DNA from: Raillietiella orientalis
Lineage: Eukaryota
Direction: 5' to 3'
Assembly: GCA_036172245.1 (NCBI GenBank)
Contig: JAYWIR010000023.1
Location: 124,001 to 188,000 of the forward strand
DNA: 64,000 bases
The notes beneath the pieces are model-generated. The model was not told where the DNA came from and searched no databases. It was given only the letters and a program-made list of their open reading frames with translations. This document shows positions 1 to 10,500 of this stretch, in pieces (position 1 is the first letter of the stretch; the number at the start of each line of letters is the position of its first letter). The translations under genes were made by a program, and so were the position numbers.

Positions 1-1
1 T

Positions 2-427
2 TTGCTAAAGGTGGATAAAGAGGAAAGGGATTACGTAAATTCTGAATTGAATGAAAGTGAAGAAGAAGTTCATTTATACCCAGTTGATGACAATTCAACT
101 GATACAGCATCTGAAGATAGTTCTAGTGATGGCGAAATTATTGTAAAACGGCGACGAAGACTCGGAATCATTCAGAGTGAAAACTTTCGGAGAAGAAGAT
201 GAATGGGGGTCGATATAACGGATAGCAAAAGGATTCCGGAAAGGATGAATTATACAGTACCTGCCAGGGTCAGCGGACCACAGATTGCATCTAACACTGT
301 GGAACCAATAGAACGTTTCCAGTTATTTTTCACACAGAAGAGCTTGTCAAAGGGGATCATCGAAGGAACCAACAGTTTTGCACAAAGAATAATCGCAGCG
401 AAACACCTGAAGGATGAACACTTGTCA
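2..427 (+). mobile_element. Degenerate piggyBac-like (PGBD4/DDE_Tnp_1_7) transposase, N-terminal fragment
   Basis: An acidic N-terminus (ESEEE..SEDSSSDGE) and basic patch (KRRRR) are followed by GPQIASNTVEPIERFQLFFT..IIEGTNSFAQRII. This resembles the piggyBac 'P..F.LFFT.EL...I..ETN.YA' motif. The frame has a stop at 200-202, and neighbouring frames give EEDEW and TEELVK, implying frameshifts. It is cut off at a T14 run (428-441). Confidence 0.75.
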
Positions 428-600
428 TTTTTTTTTTTTTTCTTATCCATGCCAAACGACTGCCTTTCACATTTTCGATTGCGCTGGGGAGTTGCTGGTC
501 GGTCGGGTCGACCTCGCTTGGAGTGCAGAGAGTTTCCAATGAATGAGAAATCACTCTACCAGCCATACTCCTTCTCCCCCCAAAACTATTCCTCATTTAC
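428..600 (-). mobile_element. Probable poly(A)-tailed retro-insertion (SINE or LINE 3' end) interrupting the piggyBac remnant
   Basis: A T14 run at 428-441 lies exactly where transposase similarity ends, followed by an unrelated, self-complementary segment (488-571). The right boundary is approximate and no target-site duplication was found. Confidence 0.4.
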
Positions 601-1382
601 CAAAGTACTCACAAGAGCATTAATCCCCAATACCCCCCCGAGACAACTCCGGGGACTCTTTGAAACCCCTCTTCGTTCGCGACGCTCTTCGGCCAGCAGC
701 CTCGCTGGCAGTCCTTTGCTGCCTACGCGGGATCGCCGCTGCTTGGAGCAAAGCAACGGGAGGATCCAGCCATAGGGATGCCATCCACTTCGCCGCCCTT
801 TTCATCAGGATAGCAACGCGATGGCCCCACGCAACCTTGCTGACATCCGACAGAGGATGGACAGGATTGCCACCAGCAGACAGTGGTCCCTTCCCGCCCT
901 CCCAAAGTGCATTTATTCTTATTTTTTTGTTTCTCTTTTTTTCTTTTTGGTTGTCCCTTCCCCTCTGCTGCCGAGGTGGACCGCGCCTGTCTGAGAACCG
1001 GTGACCCAGCAGGTATCCATTAAATTGTGCGTGGTTGGACCACGGGTCCAACCACAGTTCCTGTGATATGTTTGTTTTTGAAATAAACGCCCTGACGCAC
1101 CCGGGTGGAAATCAATACTTTGATCCAGAACACTCATCCGAAACTACTCAGAATTCTATAAATATAAATTCTAATATGTGGGAATATTACAGACTAATAA
1201 TAACCATCACCATAAGACAAAGGGCATACCCCCCCCCCCAGACTAGACGAACGACATTTCAAACTCTTCTCTCCCTAACAATTTCTCCAAGTTTTTTTTT
1301 TTACTCACTGACCCAATATGCACACTTTGCCTCGGTCTCTTCAACGATCAGACCGATTAAACATATTTTTCTTGTTTCCCAG

Positions 1383-1840
1383 GACCGGCCCTGTTTTCGT
1401 GCACTTTCCAGAGTTCTGTAGGATTTCCTTCCTACGTAGTGCTCATTGCCGTCTTCCGACAGCCCGCCGAACCGTCAACATTGAAAGGAAGAGTGCAACT
1501 GGCCCGAGGACATCCGCACGGAATGCCCAAGAACTAGAATGTTCCTTGACTTTGGGAACTTGAACGAATCCTGTCCTTACTCTACGATTATCGGCCACAC
1601 GAACATAATAATAATACCACGCCGTTGTTCTGTTCCGTGGCCAACTTCCGCAAGCAGGTCAAATACATGTGTACGTACACCCGCCTCTGGACCGCGCTCC
1701 TTTGTGGATACGGCCAACGCGTTGTAAAAGCTGCGGCGACCTACTACGGACACTTGTACATATTCGGCGGCGAATTCGCGTATCCTACAAGTACCACCGA
1801 AAAGGCCATATGAACGGGGATAAGTGGACCTTCCAGCCGA
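1383..1840 (+). pseudogene. Frameshifted Kelch-repeat (KLHL/BTB-BACK-Kelch-like) gene fragment
   Basis: VKYMCTYTRLWTALLCGYGQRVVKAAATYYGHLYIFGG (from 1658) has Kelch spacing: V-x9-W, W-x9-R, and 18 residues from R to GG. After a 1-nt frameshift near 1805 it continues TEK-x-HMNGDKWT, matching the next blade's E-x8-W. The upstream HFPEFCRISF...VNIE is weakly BACK-like. Stops and frameshifts are present. Confidence 0.5.
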
Positions 1841-2328
1841 CCAGCAGCGAAGTTGATTTCTGGAAGGAGACCGAAACTCGACACGGGTCTGCCAACAAAC
1901 TGCCGCATCTCATCTTCACCGCTCATGCATTTCTTACGAACAGGCACGTGGAGATCACACAGTCAATCCTTGAACGATTACTATCACCAATGTCAAACCG
2001 GGAACTGTCGAAACTGAACCAGCATGCGGAATCGCCCCCTTTTTTTTTTTTGCATTACAGGAAATCCTTGCCAATGTTTGTAATCATGCTCACCAGGCCA
2101 TAAGTGTTGCATATTTGTGAGTTCAAATCAGTGCGAATTCTGATTTACAACTAGCACAGGTTAAGGACCACACCTCAAATAACAAATGGCCTTTGTTTAC
2201 CGAATGGAACAATTGTACATTGCGTCATGGGCACAGACATGCCGAAATACGATTCCTTCCTTGGACAATTGGGCTGAATTCTAAGACTTGCTCACTTTAG
2301 GACTCTTACGTTTGATTTGTTTTATCTT

Positions 2329-5300
2329 TTATTTGATTTTCTGGCTTCGCATCCACGATGACATGCCTGATTTACTGGTGTGCTTCGGTTTCTGAACCAA
2401 CTTCTTCAACTGACTGGCCAATTTTGTTCTTTTCCTCTTGTTGAGCAACTGTCTGTTGAGAGGTACGTAAGCGTATGGATCTGGCAAGCCTTTTCTCTTC
2501 ACATCACCAGCAGCTTTCTTGGCCTTGTATCTCTGGCCAAGGTCTATTTGGAACTCTGGTTTCCGCTTCTTGTGCTTCACACCTGACAACACCAGTGTTC
2601 AACTTCAAAACAATCATTTGGGACCTACTTTTGATTTGCGTGTGTTCATTGTCTTCATCGAACCACTTTCTTTTCCTGGATATTTCTTCTTCCCCTTCCT
2701 CTTCTTCCTCTTTGGTATCCTCTTCCTCCTCCTCTTCCCCCTCCTCTTCCTCTCTGATTATTAACCTGCCATCAGGAGCCACAGGAAATCCATGTAACTG
2801 TTTGACAGGCTCAAGCTTTGGTGTAGCTTCTGAGAAATGGCAAATAAATGCACATTGAAAGACTTCAACTGACCTCTGACATATTTCAGTGCTGAGGGAG
2901 CAAGTAAGTCTACCACATCCCCAGGACGCTCCTCAATGCAAGCACTGACTTGTGGCCGTGCCAATGGAGGCTGCAGTGAGTTTGTTTCCATATCAAGTAA
3001 ATCATCATCGTCGACTGTGTCTCTACAAGGGAGCTCAGAAAGGATCTGAGTGTTTGTTTGTCACCTATGAGGTTGCTTCTGTGGCTTGACTTTCACTTTT
3101 TGCTTTTCTTTCCTTTTGAGCTTTGTGTTTTCGATTTTGCGTAGGATGCGCAATCTTTTGACCCAGATAGTGGCTTCTTTCGGGAACAACTGACTCAGAC
3201 TATCGTACCCATAAAGCCGCATCAAAACACACAATAGGTCCCGTGTTTTCAGTCGGAAATGGCGGGCACAGTCAGGATGCATACCTACTAGTCTCTCCAC
3301 CTGAGAAAATTTGCTATTTTCTGCATGTGATCATTGCTTACCAGATGCTGAAGGTGAACTGTTAACTGTTGGCTTGAGATGCTCTTGCACACAACGAGCA
3401 CAAATTTCAGACATGGACCCACTACTTCACGGCATGATGACTGGAGTAAGTGCATAGTACTGCTCAACAGGAGAAGCACTATATCCACAGGCATGGACTT
3501 CTTCAGAGTTTTGACCACATAAGTCAGTGACAGCATGCTGGCACTGACAGTGAATGTTGTGCCACCTAAACCTGCCATTAGCTGCTTCAAGAACTCCAGT
3601 AAAGAAGGTCCTTCCTGAGTCTACAAGGACACTGTGAAAACCACACCTAGTAGCAAGAACAACCAACCTCTAAAAACAATGCAGCTGAAGCCAATACACT
3701 AAAAGCAGCAGTGACCGTTTTGCTATTAACGCTACGGGTGCACAAGACCACTTCCGGAAGGAAAGAATACAATACGGATGAATATTCTGGATCATTCTTA
3801 AGATGGCTCAGCAATGCTTGAATGCATTTAAGTCGCTGTGCATAAGCAGGAAATGCTACATTGGTCTCAGATTCATGAAGGAATTTTGGAAGATCTTGAA
3901 GCATGTCTTGCAAGAATAATCTGCATACTGAGTTTTCAGTAAGCAGACTAAACATCAGACGATAGGTTCTCTTCTGATAAAGAGGATTGCTTGTGAGTGG
4001 CTTGCAGTATGTCCAAATCTGTGTCAGTTGAGCACTCTGCAGATAGCCCACCAAAAGGTAGCACACTTTTAATGTGCTTCTTATTACTGATCTACTCTGA
4101 CTAGAATCACTCAGTCTGTCTATCACTTGCTGAATTAAATTGTTCAGAAGAGATGAATCCAGTCCTTGTTTCATATACAACTTCAGCACTTGAAAGATGG
4201 ATGCCTGGATTGACAGATCGCAGGAGGGATTACAATACTCTTGCAGAAGCAGTGTAACAAAAACTGTCGAGTGTAGAGTTAATACGGGGTTCTCTGTCAG
4301 CAACAAGTTGTAAAGTGATTTCAGGATGTGGAGACGTACAGCAGGTTGCTGAGCAAACATGTCATTAAGCAATTTGGCCAAAATATCCCACTGTTTATCT
4401 AAATCTTCTGGAAGCTTACAAAAGGAAGGCAATAAAGACCAGATCTGGGAATGCAAAGTGCTGTAGACGCTACTGGCCACGAGTTGTCCCGAGGCTTGAC
4501 ATTTGGCTGAATAAGATCTATGGAAAGTTTCACAGTTTTGCTGAATGAACAACTCACTTGCAAGCATCCGCCAGAGGCACGAAATATGATATAAAGAAGG
4601 CCAAATTGCCTTTCTTTGTGTTGTCTCTCAGAACTGGCAAAAGCCAGGACCGAGGGAAGCGAGGGTCATCTTTTGAGGAACCTTCTATTAGTAAAGGCAC
4701 TGCCTCCAGCACAGCAGCTGGGCCAAGACTGCTGACTGCCTGGCCAAATGTGAATTCCCATGCTGCGACTTGAGTTTTGCTGAGCAAATCTTGAAGGTCT
4801 GCCATAGTTTTCAAGCAATGCTGTACTGTTTTTGGACAGCTTGTAGCAGCCAATTGGAAAAAAGTTCCTAAAATCAACAGAGCTTCTTCCCATGCAGGTT
4901 GGTACATAAATTTTAAGCCTTCCAGAAGCTGCAAAAGTATTTTTTCGGCCAATAAAGAAAATTCGCCGAGTGGCACCAGAGTTGGCAGACAACCCTGTAA
5001 TACAGACTGAACAGTGCCTGCTGCTGCCTGAATTACAGTCTGTTGTTCAGAGAGCAAGCAACCAACAGCACAGTTGATTAAGTGGCAGAGATGGCCTTCT
5101 GCAAATGTTTTATCACTCCTAAAGAGCATTCTTTGAACTCCTTAAAATGACATTCTTACCGACACAGATGCAGGACACCTTCTTGCATAACAGCCAACCA
5201 TGCAGGCAGTAACTGGCTGTTATTCAAGCCAGGCTGATAGTCATACAGTGCTGTTAAAAGACGTCCAGCTGTGGGTAAAGGCAGAGTCAAAATGGAGGGT

Positions 5301-6792
5301 TTGGAGACAAACAAGGCATGAAGTGCTTCTAGGCAACTTATGTTCACCAGCATGTTACCAAGAGTCAAAATCCTCAGCAACATCTCACAAACTGTCTGAA
5401 TCCCTATTAAAACAGTGCAGCCTATAAAAAGTAACTAACTTTTAGCTGTTTAGCAGGAAAGAGCATCACTATATCCTTCAGTAATGTTAGAAGATACAAG
5501 CTAGTTGTGGTATGATCAGCTAACACACCCTTATTTTCAAGTTCCCCACAGATATACTCAGCCACAGGGGCAGAAAAAGGATGGTTGATATGTTCCCAAT
5601 TCTTAGCAGCTTGTAAAATATCAACAATAGCTTGCTGAGCTGCTTTACGGACCTGCAGAACTCAGCATTTCAAAAGCAAACTATGAAAAACTTACTTTGG
5701 GCTTGGGATAAGACACAAACACAAGAATGGAATGGGCTGAATGAAGAGTTGAGGGTTCTTGCCAACAAGCAGCATCCTGCACCTTCAACACTACTCCCAA
5801 TAAGGAAATCAGCTAGCAATCATGTAAGAAAGCAATTACTGCATAGAAACATATTTACCCCTCGCATGAGGATTCCATTGTTTGTGTGGATGTGAGATGC
5901 TAGAAGATCAACTAATTTCTTGCATGTGTTTGTAAAAGTGACTTTCAGCACTTCGGTGGAAATATTTTGAACACACATATTAAGCAAAGCCACAACTGCT
6001 GCCAATGTATTTTCATTTTCACAGGTATCCAAGGTTAGTATCTGATACAAATATCAACATATCACTCTATTATGTAAATACCAATGTTGCAAAATGTTCC
6101 TCATCTGTTCCTTGACCAGACTTCCCTTCAATCACATCTGCTAAAGCTGCAAGAATTGCGAGCATTTCTCTATGCAGTGCAGAATCTTCACGAAATACCT
6201 GCAGAAATCTCAAAACAAAACAAAGATACATAAAGTAAGAAGCATTGGAATCCCATGCTAAATCATGACATGTTTCATTATACAACAAAGGTTCCATAGT
6301 CCTAAAATCTTTCACAGCAAATGAACAGCGACCTAGTGAAAAATTGATAACTGGGTAATGTGGTAAAAAACAAAATTTCGACTTCGAGGCTTCTATATTA
6401 TATGCTAGTCTTTTCAAGATATAATATTACTGATACCTTTTAAAACTAATTGCAGAACTCTCTGATAATTTGCTCACAAATGAACGACATGTACTAGCAC
6501 ATCCGCTTAGAGGTTTCTTCTGAAGATCCCCATGCAAACCAATATCTTCATCTTGAGCATTATGTATTTCTAAAGCTTGCTTGGTGAGAATACCCTTCCC
6601 TAAGAACGAGTTTTTTATAAGCTCAAAACAAAAATTACAACCTTTATTGCTGTTTTTTTCCTTATAAAATCCAAACGACTGTAATTTAGCATTACTTCTG
6701 TGGGCAAAATAATCAGGATTAGAACTACTGCTATGGCCTTTGCGCCATTTATGTCCTTTTGATTTGCCTTTAACTTTTGGTTTTGTTCTCAT
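2329..6792 (-). CDS. RRP12: RRP12-like protein (pre-40S/nucleolar HEAT-repeat ribosome biogenesis factor), 14 coding exons, about 1239 aa
   Basis: Family motifs: [105 protein letters not shown]. Manual exons, all GT-AG and phase-consistent: 6792-6642, 6599-6437, 6208-6082, 6041-5859, 5812-5696, 5652-5440, 5395-5160, 5118-4558, 4517-3668, 3620-3342, 3300-3065, 3022-2874, 2829-2629, 2582-2329. Total 3720 nt ending in TAA. Confidence 0.95.
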
Positions 6793-7066
6793 TATGCCCT
6801 CTATTCAATGTTGTAAAAACGGAATCCGGAGTGATACTGCAAACAAGAATCTTAGGTAACAGTTACATTTGCCAAATACAAGTGCAGTATGCAATACATC
6901 AACACAACGTTCAATCAAGTACATTTAAAGGATCGGAAAAAACGATGCCTTAATAATAAAGTTTTCAGAATGTAATCATCGAAGGAAATAAATGTGATTT
7001 ACTTTCGCTTAAGAAACTTTGTTTGACTCGGCTGAACCTTGCTACATTCCTTTTCAACTCGATTAC

Positions 7067-7116
7067 CTCAGCACACGTGCTCTCTGCTCAGTCCAGCTAA
7101 TTCTACAGTATTGCCA
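7067..7116 (-). promoter_or_regulatory. Putative RRP12 promoter / first non-coding exon with Myc-type E-box
   Basis: CACGTG at 7074-7079 lies just before a strong minus-strand donor (GAG|GTAATC, GT at 7066-7065). A matching acceptor (TAG, 6802-6801) lies 8 nt before the ATG. TGGCAATACTG is at 7116-7106. Confidence 0.5.
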
Positions 7117-7357
7117 GCTATTGACTCATCAGGCTACATGACTATTCACAAGTACTTCAAATGATTTATGAAGCAAAACAATTGATTATGATCAGATGAT
7201 AAGACAGAATAAAACTTTTAACACTAAAATACTGCATTTTGTTTTGAAAAGCTATTTAGTAGAGAAATTAGCTCTTTATATTTTAGAAGAAAGTTTTCTA
7301 TTAAATGTCTTAATTTGATTTCAATATTTACATGAATATGTACTATGTAGCATGTTC

Positions 7358-7598
7358 ATCAACATAGGTATGTTCATCACTGACATTTTTGTTTTGTTTT
7401 TTTCTCTTTTTCTCGTTCCCTTCGCCAGTGGAGAAGGCCTTACTGGCATACCAGTCGGAAAGGACAAGTGCATAAGAAAATAAGAAAAATGTGTTCTGAA
7501 AGGAACACAAATACAGAAGACTGCAATTTATAATTGTAAAAATGTTTTTTTAATAATAAAAGCCCCGGCTTACCCGGGTGAAAGATCAACATAGGTAT
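7358..7598. mobile_element. Short (213 bp) insertion flanked by a 14-bp direct repeat
   Basis: ATCAACATAGGTAT occurs at 7358-7371 and 7585-7598. The interior has a T-rich run and a GCCAGT..ACTGGC stem. Its right end is 28/35 identical to 1082-1115. Confidence 0.5.
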
Positions 7599-10500
7599 CG
7601 TATACATTTACATGGCCCTCAGCAATGATGTAATAGTTACAATTATATGAGAGCACAATATAAAATTCCTCATGAATACCATAAATTTATAGATAGTACC
7701 TAAATGCATTACATTCTTCCATTAAAATAATAGTATTCTTGAATTCTTCGAGAAGAATTCTTCTAAATTCTATTGTAAATCATCATTATTCCATGTGTGA
7801 TTGAATTACTGCATGCTCGAACGGATTTTTATCAGTTCCCCTCCAATGAAACTTGATGAAATTTAATTAAATGAAATTCACTGGATTTAATGAGATTTAC
7901 TTGATTCTTGAGATCAGCGTAACAGCATCTTTTGTTATCAACTTAAAATACATGGAAAACAATAATACCAGACGGTTTACACTTAAGGTACGATCTAAGT
8001 TGAAAAACACATTTCCAAAAGCCTCATAACTTGACAGTACTTTGATAATGGGAGGATCTAGTATGGTGATTTTCTTTTGTATGAAAACATCCTTCATATT
8101 TACACTGCAAGTAACAATGTAGCTTGTACAATACCGCAGTTTAAAAGTCTTACCAGTTGCAATTATAATTAAACGAGAGTATGGTAATTAATCGCGAAAA
8201 GTGGGAGAAAAACAAAAACTGTAGGGTAAGTAAGAGAGCATATGCACACAGATAAACAGTCTCTTGATATACCGATATAGCGTTTCTTGCTCTTCCATTA
8301 CGTGAATATTTTTGAATATTTAGATTCGAAGTCGTATTTTATTTCTTATGTTTACCAGTCAAATTTCAGTGATTTTTTATATTTGCGAATAGTTCATAAT
8401 TGTGTTTTCGAATGTTTCCTCCAAAATGAAATTCTTAAGAGAGATCGCATTGCATTCCTCAAGTGATGTTTCATTTCTAGAAGTCAATCAGATTTGATCT
8501 AGAAGCAATGTGTTAAATTTGCCGAGACATGAAATTATTTGAAACATGGACTGGAGGTTTGAAACTGGATGCAAGACCCGGTGTTTCTGCTAAAACTGCA
8601 TCAATTCAAAGGAATGTTGGAGATAGAAAACTAAACTTTTAGGTTCACGGTTAGCTGTGATCCGGAGTCGTTCCCATTTTCAGTGACACAGAGAAAATAA
8701 ATAATCATTGAGTGCTTTAAGACCGTTAGACTCGTAAATATTGTCTCATTGGGTACAAGCCTAATTAGACTGAAAGCTGAACCGTGAAAATTACACTGAA
8801 ATTCAAGGATAAAAACTCTCTCATCAACTGAATGCTTTCGAAAGAGCAAAGACAAAAGTTGCTTTTGGGGTTTAATCGTAAACTGAGATTAGTGAAGATG
8901 CCTGTTAAGTTCATTTCCGTAGAGCAGTTGCTGCGGTTCGATTTTCCAATGACTTGGAGGTCGTGGTTGTCTTCCCCAAGAAAACTGGTTTCCTGCTTAA
9001 TGAAAAAGTTATCCGCTTGAAGTGTTTGGTATCACAACAGTCTACAACAGCAGATACCTCTTAATTCAACGAGCGTGAAGATTTCTTAGTTATTTTCCTT
9101 TTAAGAAAAGGTCTTAGAACAAAATTAGAAATCAGTCAATCTTAAAATCGAAAAACACAAATCGTCTTAGCTTGCCTGTGTGGGATACACTCGCATTCGC
9201 ATCTATAACTGTCAATCACAGCAGTATACGAAAAGCGAAATGAGATCCATGTGCCATGCATCAGAGAAATCCTAATGGGAAGAATCGTGATTTCGGTGCA
9301 GAGGAGCTTCTTTAGATGCCCCGTTCATCTACAGATATTTGGGAACCTTTCAAGGGGAAACGGAACTGCATATCCTAGATGCTCTTCGATTTCTAAGTTT
9401 TAGAGTTGGCTCAGCGTAGGGAAGGTTCTGTTCCTCTTTCTCGTTCCAGATAACATTATTTTGTTAAGTGATCCTAATTTACGGCTGCTGGAGAGGCAAG
9501 AGCTCTTCAGATTGTACAAATCAAATCAGTGAATCTCTTTGAAAATGCAAAATGAGCAATTGACCTTTTTGAAACGTATTTCCACACACTCAGATCTCAG
9601 ACTGGACGGAAATCCACTTCACATCGGAACTTTTGAGCAAAGTAGTAGCTCCAGAGATTAAATTAGCATTGTCCCACTCTCGGTATGTCAACAGTCCTTG
9701 TGACTTTTCTAATTACTTTACCAATTATCATTTTCGATTCCTCGAGACAACCAACTGTCAACATGTCAGACGATTGTACACGAGGCATTCACTTAAAGAG
9801 ATTTATCGTCTTCGAGCTGGAAAAAACTAGGCTTAAAATTTATCTCACATGACCTTAAATAAGAAATAGCTTTCGATCTTGATGTACAGGAGGGAAAAAA
9901 AGTGCAACAAGAGTTTTTCCATGAGCAAGATTTATTTTCCAACTTGGACTAGTTTGATCTCAAAAAGGCTACACTAGACACTCTCCATGTTTGACGGAAC
10001 AAGTACTGACTCTCAGGATCAATAAATTGTACAAGGCAACACATCAAAGCCGAATCCCATTCCTTTGTTTCATGGGAATGTGTTCTTCGTATGTGGTTGG
10101 AAGGTGCCAAACGCCAGTCTGGAAGGTACGTACTCGATGCTACACATTTGTCAGGTACACTGCTCTTCGTTCGTTTCGAGCTGAGTTCACACATGGCAGC
10201 TGTTGGGATGTCATACTGCTGATAGCAGGGTGCTGCGACTTGTGTTTTTTTGCAGTACAGTTCTCTTTTGCTAGGGACTCGCGTGTTCGAAGTCTGCGTT
10301 CAATTAAAAGCTGGTCTTACGCCTTCGTGTTCTTGGAAGCAGTGACCTTGGACTCGCTTTGAACGTCTAAGCAAACTGGCGATTCCTTCAAACTGGAATC
10401 CAGTCAGTCCGAGTACACGAAAAATCAGCCGAAAAGGTCAGCTTCACCATCGAACTTCATGAGTCCATCCTCTAATTACCTTCCGGCCTTAGTGTGAGAG

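Noticed and set aside
2695..2755. (TCC/TTC)n-like repeat
   Set aside because: It simply encodes the Glu-rich tract of RRP12 on the minus strand.
7741..7760. GAATTCTTC-GA-GAAGAATTC palindrome
   Set aside because: Short, AT-rich and in low-complexity context; compatible with chance.
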